Shown here: positions 1-10,678 of the stretch, piece by piece
Position numbering within the stretch: the first letter of the stretch is position 1
How the letters are laid out: every line of letters starts with the position of its first letter
From: a virus
Direction: 5' to 3' (one strand)
IMG/VR virus record: IMGVR_UViG_3300028423_000356
Location: 32,001 to 96,000 of that record
DNA: 64,000 bases
Program-made: the position numbers and the translations under genes
The notes under the pieces: generated by a model
What the model was told of the DNA's origin: nothing
What the model saw: only the letters and a program-made list of their open reading frames with translations
Databases searched by the model: none

Positions 1-522
1 GTAATAACTGATGATAATATATCTAAATTTAATATTGGTGATAGAGTTATAGATACTGAAACTAGAGTTTATGGTGAAGTAATACTTAAAAACTATGAAT
101 TGGGTCAAATAGTAATAAAAACCCAATTAGACGAAAATGGTATTCAAAAACAATTATACGGTGGTAGGAGAATATCATCAAGAGTTTTAGTTAAACAAAA
201 ACCACAAAGAGATTCTGATGGAAGTGTAAATTGGGTAGATACTGATGTATTTATATCTTATAAAAGTGATTTAGAACAATACAATGCACCTCATCATTAT
301 GAAAATAAAAATGGTGAAATATTAAATATTGAAATATTATACAATATAGAAAATAGATACTTCTATTTTAATTATGACCAAACTCAGGGTGCAGAAGTTT
401 ATGAAGTGACAAATATGGATTATTTCGTAAGTAAAAATGAAGAATTAAAAAGAATAAAAGTGATAAAAAGAGAAGTTATAGAATCTGTTGTGCAGGAATA
501 TAAAAATCTTTTACAAGGATAA
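1..522 (+). CDS. gp53: Baseplate wedge subunit gp53-like (5'-truncated; frame open from base 1)
   Basis: Frame 1 has no stop from base 1; C-terminal VTNMDYFVSKNEELKRIKVIK resembles the gp53 C-terminus; lies upstream of hub/gp5. Confidence 0.7.
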   Translation, partial: VITDDNISKFNIGDRVIDTETRVYGEVILKNYELGQIVIKTQLDENGIQKQLYGGRRISSRVLVKQKPQRDSDGSVNWVDTDVFISYKSDLEQYNAPHHYENKNGEILNIEILYNIENRYFYFNYDQTQGAEVYEVTNMDYFVSKNEELKRIKVIKREVIESVVQEYKNLLQG

Positions 523-527
523 ATTGA

Positions 528-2000
528 ATGTCTGTTAATAGTCAAATCAGTGAATACTTTATTGAAACTGCCACGTTGTATGCCGATAGGTATTTAAACA
601 ACCCATCTCTTCCATCTGAAGGGAGTTTTGAAAGAAAAAACAAAACTTTAGAATTGAAAAATTCTATTGTTGAATTCAACGTTTATGAGAACATAGAGTT
701 ACCATATTTAACAAGTAAAATGGTAGTAACTGATTTTATTAATTTTAAGGATTATTTTAAAATTAAAGGAACAGAAAAATTAAAAATAACTCTTTTTTCA
801 CCCTATGCCGCAAAAGGTTCTGAAAAAATAACTTTAGATTTTATAATAACAGGAATAGAAGGTAATGATGTAACTAATAATGTTAACACATATGTTTTTA
901 ATTTAGTTGAAGAGTATGCATACTATGCATCATTAATTAAAAAAAGTAAAACATATAAAGGTAAACCACATAAAATAATTGAAAACATTATAGAAAATGA
1001 AATTCTTGATAAAATTAAAGATGATAATAAAAAATTCACAATAGATAAATCTAAACTAAATGAAACAAAGTTGGGTGATAGTATAAAATACATATCACCA
1101 AATATAAATTTATTGGATATAATAGAAAGAATTAAAGAAAGAAGTTTGACCAATGATGGTGCACCTGTTTTTGTTAGTAAATCAATGACAGATAATAAAA
1201 TACATTTTTCTGATTTAAAAACCTTACTAGAACAAGAACCGTTAACTGGTTCAGATTCAAAAGTTGGATTTTTTTACTCACAAACATCTTCAAGTTATTT
1301 GACTAATACTGGTTCAGTTAATAAAGATGATATTAGAGTATTACACGTAAAATCTTTCACTGAAAATGATGATTTGATAAACACTTTTAAACTAGCAAAA
1401 GAAGGTGTAATTTCATCTAATACACAAATATTCGATACAACAACTGGTGGCAATTTTAAATTTAAACACAATGTTAAAAAGGATGTAAGTAATATATTAG
1501 GTAAAGATGAGTATTTGATTAACCCTCATAACATTTTTGATGACAATTTATCCATTTTTGAAAACGAAGATGAAAAAATCGATGATATACAAACAAGAAA
1601 TTTTTCATATATTGTATCAAGTAAAGCATTTGATGATGGAAATTTATCCTACTATGAAGAAAGAAATAACGAAGAAAGATATGCACTTAATACAAAAAAG
1701 CAATCTATAAAATCTTTAATGTTTAATAGTAGATATACTATTACTGTCCCAGGTGCTTTGTTTTTTTCTAAAAAGTTAAATAATTCAGTTGGTTCTTTGA
1801 TAAACTTAAAATTCTTTGACAATAAATACGATGAAAAAGATGGCAATTTGGAGAATAAAGAGAGGTCAGGAGTTTATTTGATATATCGTTTAAGACATAG
1901 TTTCACACTTGAAAATCAATATATTGTAGATTTAGATATTGTGAAATTAAATGATAATTACCCCAATCTTAATGCTTCATCTGGTGGAGGTGGTAAGTAA
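528..2000 (+). CDS. Putative baseplate hub protein (gp27-like position)
   Basis: 490 aa between gp53 and gp5; ends in SGVYLIYRLRHSF, typical of hub proteins. Confidence 0.5.
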   Translation: MSVNSQISEYFIETATLYADRYLNNPSLPSEGSFERKNKTLELKNSIVEFNVYENIELPYLTSKMVVTDFINFKDYFKIKGTEKLKITLFSPYAAKGSEKITLDFIITGIEGNDVTNNVNTYVFNLVEEYAYYASLIKKSKTYKGKPHKIIENIIENEILDKIKDDNKKFTIDKSKLNETKLGDSIKYISPNINLLDIIERIKERSLTNDGAPVFVSKSMTDNKIHFSDLKTLLEQEPLTGSDSKVGFFYSQTSSSYLTNTGSVNKDDIRVLHVKSFTENDDLINTFKLAKEGVISSNTQIFDTTTGGNFKFKHNVKKDVSNILGKDEYLINPHNIFDDNLSIFENEDEKIDDIQTRNFSYIVSSKAFDDGNLSYYEERNNEERYALNTKKQSIKSLMFNSRYTITVPGALFFSKKLNNSVGSLINLKFFDNKYDEKDGNLENKERSGVYLIYRLRHSFTLENQYIVDLDIVKLNDNYPNLNASSGGGGK

Positions 2001-3064
2001 TGAAAATATTACAATCTGAATATTATGGTGACACTACAAGATGGTTTATAGGTAAAGCAAAAACAACTACTCTTGATCCACTTGGGTTAGGTAGAATAAG
2101 GGTTCGTGTATTTGGTCTACATACCGAAAACACAAACGATATCGAAGACAAAGACTTACCTTGGGCACCCGTTGCTATGGCAACTAATATACCTAGTGGT
2201 AATGGTATATACCAAACTTTTGGTATAAATGATAATGATACGGTATTTGGAATATTTTTAGACGGAAAACATTCACAAAACCCATTGGTTTTAGGAGTTA
2301 TTCCACACGCTGGTGAGATACAAAATCAATTTACAAATGTGCCAATTGATCCTACTATACCATTCACCACAAATATCAATCCAAATGGGAATTTAAAACA
2401 AACTGAGACTATTAACAACTCCAATATTGAATTAGATAACATACCAGGTAAAATTATAGATGAAGAATTGGACATCTCTACCTTTACGGAAAATGGTGTT
2501 ATACAAGAAACAGAGCTAAGTACAGAAGATGGTGATAATTTTACAAAAATAGCATTTGATTTTTTTAATCAAGAACTATCAAATTATGGTTCTAGAAATC
2601 CTGCTGAACAAGCAGCTGGTTTAGTTGGGAATTTTATTGCTGAATCATCTATGAATCCAACAGCAAAATCACCTGCACCTGAAAACTCTCGTGGTATTGC
2701 TCAGTGGAATGCATCAGCCAATAGATTGGGAAAATTGATAGATTTTGCTTCTGTAAAGGGTGTTGATCCTTACACTTTAGATGTTCAATTACAATACACA
2801 ATGTTTGAATTAAAAAATGATGACATAGTAATCGCATCTAGAGTTGGTGTAATAACTATAGATTCTCTAATTGAGAAAGACACAGTTGAAAATGCTACTA
2901 GACATATACTTGATATATATGAAAATCCAAAGGTGGCATTGGATTACTATGCATTTAATGAAAATAGTGTTCCGAGTGATATAAGAAAAAAATATGAAGC
3001 TGAATTAGATAAAAGAATTGGGTATGCATTAGATGTTTATAATGCATTTACTAAAGGTGAATAA
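2000..3064 (+). CDS. gp5: gp5 N-terminal OB-fold fused to a phage tail lysozyme domain
   Basis: WFIG...DPLGLGRIRVRVFGLH...LPWA...VFGIFLDG..Q.PLVLG (gp5 OB fold); AAGLVGNFIAES.MNP...GIAQW (tail lysozyme-like). Confidence 0.85.
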   Translation: MKILQSEYYGDTTRWFIGKAKTTTLDPLGLGRIRVRVFGLHTENTNDIEDKDLPWAPVAMATNIPSGNGIYQTFGINDNDTVFGIFLDGKHSQNPLVLGVIPHAGEIQNQFTNVPIDPTIPFTTNINPNGNLKQTETINNSNIELDNIPGKIIDEELDISTFTENGVIQETELSTEDGDNFTKIAFDFFNQELSNYGSRNPAEQAAGLVGNFIAESSMNPTAKSPAPENSRGIAQWNASANRLGKLIDFASVKGVDPYTLDVQLQYTMFELKNDDIVIASRVGVITIDSLIEKDTVENATRHILDIYENPKVALDYYAFNENSVPSDIRKKYEAELDKRIGYALDVYNAFTKGE

Positions 3065-4210
3065 ATGTTAGATATTAGAAAATTAAATACCAATTTAAAT
3101 AGAGTTATAAATGGTTCCAATTTTAAAGATGTTCAATCAAGAACAAATGATAACAGTAAAGTATTAAAAGCTTTAACTGAAAACAAGAAAGTTAAAACTG
3201 GTTCATCAGAAAATGGTATTAAATTTATAACTACTGAAACTGGGAAACAAGGTCTTAGTATATTAAACAAAGATGTTCCTAATATTTCTGACCAATTAGT
3301 TAAAAAACTGGAAGGTGATAAAACAGAATTATCAAAAATAGTCTCTGATATCGATGATGGATTTTTAGATTTGAGTATTAATTCACCAACTATCGAGTCA
3401 CTAAAAATCAGTTTAAATAACATAGCAAACGTGTCGAATAGTGATTTAGAAAATATATGTTATCCACTGTTGGATGATAGTATTAATGATAAAATCACTG
3501 AAGCAGTTAAACTTGATTATAGTCAATTATCAAAAAGGATTAAAGATACAATTAAATCTTGTAGTGTAACCAAGGATAAAGTAGATATATCTTCTAATTC
3601 AATAAAAAAACAAATAAATGATACATCATTAATTTTTGATAACAAATTTAATTTAAATAAGTGGAATGGTTCTAATACTAGTGATGATATTTTCACTGAA
3701 GTGACAAGTATGGAAGAACTTATGATAGATTTAAATAGATGTGAAAGAGAGATAACACAACTTATATTTGTTGCTTATGAGTGTGATGTAGGTCGTTCTT
3801 ATAGTTCCAGTGATATCCATGAAATAGAAAATAGATTTGAACGTGATGGAATTAGTGCTAATTATATAATAAGAACAGATGGTGTGGTTCAAAGGGGTAG
3901 ACCAGTCGATGTTTCACCTAATTTTGACGACAATCATAATAAAAATTCTATTTTAGTTGGGGTGGTTTTAATTGGCAATAATATTAATGTAACTCAAGGT
4001 AAAACAGTAAAAACTTTCTTAGAATCTTATTATAACAGTTGGCCTGGTGGATCAGTTTATGGTGCTAATTACATAGACCCCGAATATAACCCACCCGGTT
4101 TCAATCCTATTGAATATGTTGAATTATATGGAAAAACAAATTATTCGAGTGCAGAAAAAACACTAAATACTATTGAAATGATATCCAATGCAAAAAATAG
4201 GAATATATGA
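3065..4210 (+). CDS. Baseplate protein with degenerate N-acetylmuramoyl-L-alanine amidase-like C-terminal domain
   Basis: ISANYIIRTDGVVQRGRP...HNKNSILV resembles the T7-lysozyme/amidase_2 motif, but the expected His/Tyr residues are substituted. Confidence 0.55.
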   Translation: MLDIRKLNTNLNRVINGSNFKDVQSRTNDNSKVLKALTENKKVKTGSSENGIKFITTETGKQGLSILNKDVPNISDQLVKKLEGDKTELSKIVSDIDDGFLDLSINSPTIESLKISLNNIANVSNSDLENICYPLLDDSINDKITEAVKLDYSQLSKRIKDTIKSCSVTKDKVDISSNSIKKQINDTSLIFDNKFNLNKWNGSNTSDDIFTEVTSMEELMIDLNRCEREITQLIFVAYECDVGRSYSSSDIHEIENRFERDGISANYIIRTDGVVQRGRPVDVSPNFDDNHNKNSILVGVVLIGNNINVTQGKTVKTFLESYYNSWPGGSVYGANYIDPEYNPPGFNPIEYVELYGKTNYSSAEKTLNTIEMISNAKNRNI

Positions 4211-5649
4211 TGAGTACTTTGAAAGAAATAGTAAAAAGAAGTAGTAGAAGAAATTTAAATGGTGGGGAGAGTGTTGACGACACGATAGGTAAGTCATCAA
4301 ATGGATATTATGACTATAATAATGTGAATCCAAGTAAAAAGGTTCAAGCGAGATCAACTGCAACACCACCAGTAGATGCTAATTTAAAGTATTTTGGAAT
4401 GGAAGTTCCTAAAAATATTAAAAGTGGTAATAAATCGGTAAAGGGTCAGAATTATAGATATGTGACTCCAAGTGGTCACATTATAGAATATAATGACACA
4501 CCAGAACAAGAAAGAATATTAGTAAAACACAATTCGGGTACTGGAATAAATATGGGACCTGACGGTTCTGTGATTGTTTCATCCAAAGAAAGAGTTGATG
4601 TAATATCAGAAAATCACACTTTAACTGTTGGTAATGACGGTGTTTTAAATTATGATGGCAATTTAACTTTAAAGGTTGCTGGTGATTTTAATGTAGAAGT
4701 GGGTGGTGAATATAACGTAAAATCTTCTAAATCTAATATTATCACTAATGGTGATTTTAAACATACAACTTATGGTAATTTTACAAATATAATTGATGGT
4801 GATAAAACTGAATCTATTGATGGTATCAACACTCAGACTACAATAAATGAAAGTTATATACAGTCTAAAGGAAACTACACATTATCGTCTGAAGGTAGTT
4901 TCACATTTGGAAGTAAAAATAACATCCATTTTACTTCTCAATCAGAAATTGATATTTCTTCACCAAAAATTAACATAGGAGCATTAAAACTTAATGTTAT
5001 TGGTGATGAAGGGACTATTGGTGGTGAAAACATAATAATGTATAATTATAATTCTTATACAGGACACACAATATATGCTGAAGATAATGTGAAAGCACCA
5101 CATGGTTACTTTAATAGATTGAGTGGTGTATCTGCGCATTATGTAACATTCCATGGTGATTTAAATGGTGTAGCATCTGGTGCCATATCATCTAATGTTG
5201 CTGCTGCTCCAGGTGGTGGTGGAAATAGTGGTACATTTAATGGAAATGGTGAAGAAGTTCCCCTAGACCCCAAAAAGACATCAGAACCAAATCAAGGTTT
5301 GTTAAATTCTTACCTCGATAAAGGATCGAAAGGTGTTTTAAAAGTTCAAATTGATCCTGATGATATATATAAACAAAGTATAGATTTCACAGAAAAAAAT
5401 GGTAATGTTTCAAATAGAATTTTAAATGAAAATGAAGTAAGACAACAATTAAGAGATCCATCCAATAGGGAAAATGAAAAGTTCTTAGGACAAATATTTA
5501 CAAATGAAATAATCTCTACTGATTTTGCAAAAGAAATACCACAAAAAGTTAGTTATGTTAACTCATCTAAGAATCCTGTGATAAAAGGTCAAATACCTTT
5601 AGGTAACATTGAACCTTATAAAGTTTCAAAGAAAATTAAAGGTGAGTAG
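4207..5649 (+). CDS. gp5 C-terminal beta-helix (baseplate spike/needle) protein
   Basis: TPSGHIIEYNDTPEQERILVKHNSGT followed by V.G/I.G beta-helix repeats. Confidence 0.8.
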   Translation: MMSTLKEIVKRSSRRNLNGGESVDDTIGKSSNGYYDYNNVNPSKKVQARSTATPPVDANLKYFGMEVPKNIKSGNKSVKGQNYRYVTPSGHIIEYNDTPEQERILVKHNSGTGINMGPDGSVIVSSKERVDVISENHTLTVGNDGVLNYDGNLTLKVAGDFNVEVGGEYNVKSSKSNIITNGDFKHTTYGNFTNIIDGDKTESIDGINTQTTINESYIQSKGNYTLSSEGSFTFGSKNNIHFTSQSEIDISSPKINIGALKLNVIGDEGTIGGENIIMYNYNSYTGHTIYAEDNVKAPHGYFNRLSGVSAHYVTFHGDLNGVASGAISSNVAAAPGGGGNSGTFNGNGEEVPLDPKKTSEPNQGLLNSYLDKGSKGVLKVQIDPDDIYKQSIDFTEKNGNVSNRILNENEVRQQLRDPSNRENEKFLGQIFTNEIISTDFAKEIPQKVSYVNSSKNPVIKGQIPLGNIEPYKVSKKIKGE

Positions 5650-5651
5650 AA

Positions 5652-6236
5652 ATGAGTAAAAAATATTTACCAGATTTAAATTATATACCTGATAATCTAA
5701 CCGAAATAACACCAAAAACACTTTTAAACAAAGGTGTTTCTCTGGGTGTGTTTTTACCAAACACAGATATAAATCACATTACGAGTTTAGAAGAGAGAAA
5801 ACAAATATGTCGTAACTTGTTACCACAAGCACACATTTTAAAATACATGAGAAATCATGGTTTGAATTTTTCTAACTATAGAATAAATGTTGTCGAAGGT
5901 TTATACAAAAAGTATGAATCACAACAAATAACTAACAACAGTATACTTGATTTACAAACAAAAGGTAGAGTGGTAGTATATGAACTTAAATATGATGGAA
6001 AACCAAACATAGATAAGACTGTAGAATTGGCAAATAATATATCAATTTTTCAAAAACATTATGATAAAGTGATATTAGATTATGATAACTATTCTAAGAG
6101 TGGTGAATTAAATGTTCAAATAATAATAACAATGCCACAAATACCGTCTGATTATAATGTTAGATTTAAAAGAGAATATGAAACACTATACAATAACGTT
6201 TCTTATGGAGATGATTTAATTAAATTAAAAATGTAA
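5652..6236 (+). CDS. Hypothetical baseplate-region protein
   Basis: 194-aa ORF tightly coupled between the spike gene and gp25. Confidence 0.6.
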   Translation: MSKKYLPDLNYIPDNLTEITPKTLLNKGVSLGVFLPNTDINHITSLEERKQICRNLLPQAHILKYMRNHGLNFSNYRINVVEGLYKKYESQQITNNSILDLQTKGRVVVYELKYDGKPNIDKTVELANNISIFQKHYDKVILDYDNYSKSGELNVQIIITMPQIPSDYNVRFKREYETLYNNVSYGDDLIKLKM

Positions 6237-6245
6237 TAAAATCAT

Positions 6246-6253
6246 TATAAATA
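6246..6253 (+). promoter_or_regulatory. T4-type late promoter TATAAATA
   Basis: Exact consensus, intergenic, upstream of gp25. Confidence 0.8.
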
Positions 6254-6281
6254 ATATAAAACATGTTAACGGAAAATAAAA

Positions 6282-6728
6282 ATGGCTATAAGAAAAGTTA
6301 TATCAATAGAAGATGGCAATTCATCAACAAGTATAATAAAAGCAAATAAAGATAGATCATATATAGACATTGATTTATCTTTTAATAAAAAACCATCTGG
6401 TGATATTTACAAAAAAAGTGATATACAATCCGTTAGACAAGCAGTTAAAAATTTGTTACTAACTAACTATTACGAAAAACCATTTGATTTATTTTTTGGT
6501 GCAAATGTTTCTGGTATGTTATTTGAACTCGCAGATAATAACACAAGTAGAGATATTAGAAAAAATATTCAAGATGCTATTGAGTTTTATGAACCACGTG
6601 TTACCATAAGGGATATTGAAGTTAATATAGTGGGAGAAAGAAATTCAATAAATGTAACAGTTACATTTGCTATTAGAAACACATTAGAAGAAACATCAGT
6701 TTCTGCAAACTTATCGAGGTTAAGATAA
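6282..6728 (+). CDS. gp25: Baseplate wedge subunit gp25
   Basis: YIDIDLSF...VRQAVKNLLLTNYYEKPF...FGANV...YEPRV. Confidence 0.93.
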   Translation: MAIRKVISIEDGNSSTSIIKANKDRSYIDIDLSFNKKPSGDIYKKSDIQSVRQAVKNLLLTNYYEKPFDLFFGANVSGMLFELADNNTSRDIRKNIQDAIEFYEPRVTIRDIEVNIVGERNSINVTVTFAIRNTLEETSVSANLSRLR

Positions 6729-8563
6729 TGTCTACTACAATTAAATCTACATCATTAGATTTTGAAAATATTAAAGAAAATCTTAAAACCTTTTTAAAAC
6801 AAAAGGAAGAATTTAAAGATTATGATTTTGAGGCATCAGGATTAAACAACATTCTTGATGTTTTAGCTTGGAACACTCACTATAATGCATTAACTACAAA
6901 TTTTGCACTTAATGAATCCTTTTTAAATACTGCACAACTGAGAAGTTCTATTATATCACTTGCTGAAAGTGTTGGTTATATCCCAAAATCAAAGTCCTCT
7001 TCTATGGCAGTTCTTAATCTTTCTATCGATTTAAGACAATCAAACAATAAACCTTCAAGGATATCTATACCACGTTACACGGCGTTCCAATCAAATGTTG
7101 ATGGAAATAGTTTTACATTTTATACAAAAGATAATTTAATTGGTTTGAATGATGGTAACGACATTTATAACTTAACATTGGGTGATGGAAATAGAGATAT
7201 TCCTGTATTTGAAGGAACTATAAAAAGAAAATCCTTTATTGCTGATGAAGAATCAAGAAATGCGATATACATAATATCTGACACTGATATTGATATAGAA
7301 AGTGTTGTTGTTAAGGTTTACGATTCTGTTACAACTGATTTATTTACAACATACAAAGACATTAAAGATGTTTCAACAATAGATGAAAACACTGCTTTCT
7401 ATATCCTTAAAGAATCCCCTAATGGTTATTATGAACTGACTTTTAGTGGTGGTAGCACTTTAGGAAAATATCCTTTACCAGGATATAAGATAGAAGTTGA
7501 ATATTTCTCCACTAAAGGTTCAGAAGCTAACAGAGCAACAACATTTACACCATTATTAGATTACGTAAATCCATTAGAACCTGAAAGAGCATATGAAATC
7601 AAAACTATAACTAAATCAGAATCATCTGGTGGTTCTGACATTGAAAATATTGAATCAATAAGAAAAAATGCACCTTTTCAATATGCAGCACAAAATAGAA
7701 TGGTTACATCTGTGGACTATTCATCTTTAATTTTGAGAAAATTTGGAAATTACATTGAGGATATTCAGTCATATGGTGGTGAAGATGCATTAGAAAAAGA
7801 ATTTGGAACAGTGTTCATTTCAATTGTATTTAAAGATGATGAAATCATCAATGAATCTTTTAAAGAATCTATAAAATCACAAATTGTAGATTTGGTAGGT
7901 GATTTGGCAGTCGTTTCGTTTAATGTTAAGTTTGTCGATCCAATTGAAACATATATTCAAACGAATGTATACTATCAATTTAATCCTAAATTCACAACAT
8001 TATCAACAAGTGGTGTTAACAATGAAATTGACGAAGTTGTTAAAAATTATTTTGAAACTAATTTAGGTAAATTCAACTCATCATTTAGAAGATCACAACT
8101 ATTAACTGAAGTCGATGAAGTTAATGAAGCAGTTTTATCTTCAAGAGCAGAAGTTCTAATGAGTCAAAAAACTGATTTAGATTTTGATAGGTCTAAAAAT
8201 TATTCGTTTAGATTCCCAGTAAGAATTGCTAACCCTGATGATAAAAATTATATAATAAAATCATCCACTTTTGGTTATGGTAATAGTAGGGTTTATATTA
8301 GAAATAGATTGAACACTAACATTTTAGAACTATATAGAATTGATGATAAAAAAGTTATAGTTGATAATATAGGTTCATATGATTCTTTAAAGGGTAATGT
8401 AAATATAATAGCACTCAATCCTTCTACTTTTGGTGGATTAACAAATAGTTTTAAAATATCTGCTGTTCCATTTAACCAATCTGCTATATCACCCACAAGA
8501 GAGGATATATTATTGTATGACAAAGAATCGTTTGCAAAAGCAGTTATAGTAACTAGTGAATAA
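6728..8563 (+). CDS. gp6: Baseplate wedge subunit gp6
   Basis: LDFENIKENLK...FKDYDFEASGL..ILDVLAWNTHYNA; AQNRMVT..DY. Confidence 0.95.
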   Translation: MSTTIKSTSLDFENIKENLKTFLKQKEEFKDYDFEASGLNNILDVLAWNTHYNALTTNFALNESFLNTAQLRSSIISLAESVGYIPKSKSSSMAVLNLSIDLRQSNNKPSRISIPRYTAFQSNVDGNSFTFYTKDNLIGLNDGNDIYNLTLGDGNRDIPVFEGTIKRKSFIADEESRNAIYIISDTDIDIESVVVKVYDSVTTDLFTTYKDIKDVSTIDENTAFYILKESPNGYYELTFSGGSTLGKYPLPGYKIEVEYFSTKGSEANRATTFTPLLDYVNPLEPERAYEIKTITKSESSGGSDIENIESIRKNAPFQYAAQNRMVTSVDYSSLILRKFGNYIEDIQSYGGEDALEKEFGTVFISIVFKDDEIINESFKESIKSQIVDLVGDLAVVSFNVKFVDPIETYIQTNVYYQFNPKFTTLSTSGVNNEIDEVVKNYFETNLGKFNSSFRRSQLLTEVDEVNEAVLSSRAEVLMSQKTDLDFDRSKNYSFRFPVRIANPDDKNYIIKSSTFGYGNSRVYIRNRLNTNILELYRIDDKKVIVDNIGSYDSLKGNVNIIALNPSTFGGLTNSFKISAVPFNQSAISPTREDILLYDKESFAKAVIVTSE

Positions 8564-8580
8564 AAATAGGGTTATTAAAA

Positions 8581-9594
8581 ATGACTACTGAAGACTATAC
8601 ATTGAAAGACACTGGAAGAAGAAACTTTACGGTATCAAATTACCATAGAGTTAAAGAAGTGTTGCCACAACACATAGTTCAAAATTATCCACTGTTAGTA
8701 GGTCTTTTAGAATCCTATTTTGAATTTGAAGACTTAGAAAAATTCACTTTTACTGATTCTGACGGAACTCACACAATACCTGCTTCACCAACAAGATTAA
8801 TTCATGAAGTTTTAAAAGTGAGAGATATCAATGAAACTGATGAAACGTTATTAAACAATATTGAAGATGAATTGCTTTTAGGAACACAGTATTTTAGAGG
8901 TTTTATAGATAAAAGAACATCTGCAAAGTTTTCCAATAATTTGTATCGTGCAAAAGGAACTTTATATTCCATACAACAATTTTTTAAAATGTTTTTCGAT
9001 GAAGTTCCTGAAGTTAGATACACAAAACAAGATGTTTTTATCGTGGGCGAATCTAAAATAGGATGGGAAAGTCAAAAGTTTTTAACTAATGATAAACTAT
9101 ATCAAACATTAGCCATATTAATAAAAACAAGTATACCTATTAATGTGTGGAATGAAGTTTACAAACTATTTGTTCACCCTGCTGGTGTATACCTTGGTGC
9201 TAGAGTTCTTATAGAAGGGGTGGGAGATTTTGACTTAAACTTTATGCCTGATTATAAAGAAGATGAACAGTTGACCTTAATGAAAAGTCAAGGTAATATT
9301 AACACAGATGCAATCCCAGATTTGACATATCTAATTAAAGATGATAACCCAGAACTTAAAGTTAGAACTACCATACCTGGTGATATCAACACACTTGGCG
9401 ATATAACACTTGACCAACTTGATAAAACTTACAACAATTTAAAAGAATTTATTCAGGCATCATCACCAACTCTTGATAATGACTTCACAGATAGTGATTT
9501 AAAAGCAATGACCTTAGACCAAGATTGGATTACCTTGGATACTATGGATGAGGTTTCTTATCCAGTATTCTATGATTCTGACGAAAATGGTTAA
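8581..9594 (+). CDS. Baseplate wedge protein (gp7-like)
   Basis: LYRAKGT.YS...FFKMFF and FVHPAG motifs; follows gp6. Confidence 0.65.
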   Translation: MTTEDYTLKDTGRRNFTVSNYHRVKEVLPQHIVQNYPLLVGLLESYFEFEDLEKFTFTDSDGTHTIPASPTRLIHEVLKVRDINETDETLLNNIEDELLLGTQYFRGFIDKRTSAKFSNNLYRAKGTLYSIQQFFKMFFDEVPEVRYTKQDVFIVGESKIGWESQKFLTNDKLYQTLAILIKTSIPINVWNEVYKLFVHPAGVYLGARVLIEGVGDFDLNFMPDYKEDEQLTLMKSQGNINTDAIPDLTYLIKDDNPELKVRTTIPGDINTLGDITLDQLDKTYNNLKEFIQASSPTLDNDFTDSDLKAMTLDQDWITLDTMDEVSYPVFYDSDENG

Positions 9595-9601
9595 AAATTT
9601 A

Positions 9602-9609
9602 TATAAATA
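9602..9609 (+). promoter_or_regulatory. T4-type late promoter TATAAATA
   Basis: Exact consensus, intergenic. Confidence 0.8.
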
Positions 9610-9636
9610 ATATAAAAAGACAATTGGAAAATAATT

Positions 9637-10665
9637 ATGGCAAGAGAAATAATTAATATAGGACTACAACCAAATGATGGTAAAGGTGACACTCTAAGGC
9701 AACTTGGTATAAAGGTAAACAATAACTTTACTCAGTTGTTTGACGCTGTTTTTCATGATTCAGATTCAGCAGGAATGTCTGACTCTGATATTCAGTATAT
9801 TTCTAAACAGATAAATTTTGTTGGTATATCCTTTGATAATATTTTAAATTTTGAAGAAGGTAGTGAAGAAGTAACAAATACATTACCCTCCACAACAGGT
9901 GTTATATTAAACAATAATTCTGTTTCATTTATAAAAAATAAAACATTCAATAATTTGATGTTATCTGATTCAGAAAATGGTAATAAGTATATCTTAACAC
10001 CATCAATTATTGATAGTGACACTATCATAAATTTACCACCAGTATTAGATAGTGATACATTTCTTTTTGCTGAAACGTATCAAGATGTTTTTAATAAAAC
10101 TTATTATGCACCAAGAATCGCTGATTATCTTGCTGACAGTAATGGTGCACCAATAATTTCTATAAATAGAGTTCTTTCAGCAGCTAACAATGTATCAATA
10201 AGTAATGCACAAAAGGGTAACAGTCCAACAATCTCTGTTATAGGAAATCCAGATTACCAACCTTTAGATAGTGATATAGATTTAACAATAGAGACTAAAG
10301 GTTTAGGTGTGTTAAAAATAAACAATCCATTAGTTAAAGAAAATGATATTGTCGATTTTACATCTGGTGTATCATCAGATTCTGATTTATCACTTGATAA
10401 AGAAATAACACATTTCACAGGTGATAGTGATGGTCAAATTATTTTACCAACTCCAATTAAAGAAAACTTTGTGAAAAAACTTATAAATATTTCCAATAAC
10501 AATGTAGAAGTTATTCCAGAAGTATTTACGAACGGTTCTTCTATAGTAATGAAACCAAATTCTGTTGTAAAACTACACTACACTTCACTTGTTGGATGGA
10601 TGTTAGAAGAAAATATTATTTACGATTCAACAGAAACAAATGCCCTTTGGTATGTAAAACAATAA
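9637..10665 (+). CDS. Baseplate/tail-fibre connector, gp9/gp10-like N-terminus
   Basis: MAREIINIG..PNDGKGDTLR..GIKVNNNF. Confidence 0.75.
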   Translation: MAREIINIGLQPNDGKGDTLRQLGIKVNNNFTQLFDAVFHDSDSAGMSDSDIQYISKQINFVGISFDNILNFEEGSEEVTNTLPSTTGVILNNNSVSFIKNKTFNNLMLSDSENGNKYILTPSIIDSDTIINLPPVLDSDTFLFAETYQDVFNKTYYAPRIADYLADSNGAPIISINRVLSAANNVSISNAQKGNSPTISVIGNPDYQPLDSDIDLTIETKGLGVLKINNPLVKENDIVDFTSGVSSDSDLSLDKEITHFTGDSDGQIILPTPIKENFVKKLINISNNNVEVIPEVFTNGSSIVMKPNSVVKLHYTSLVGWMLEENIIYDSTETNALWYVKQ

Positions 10666-10678
10666 ATGAGAGAATAAA

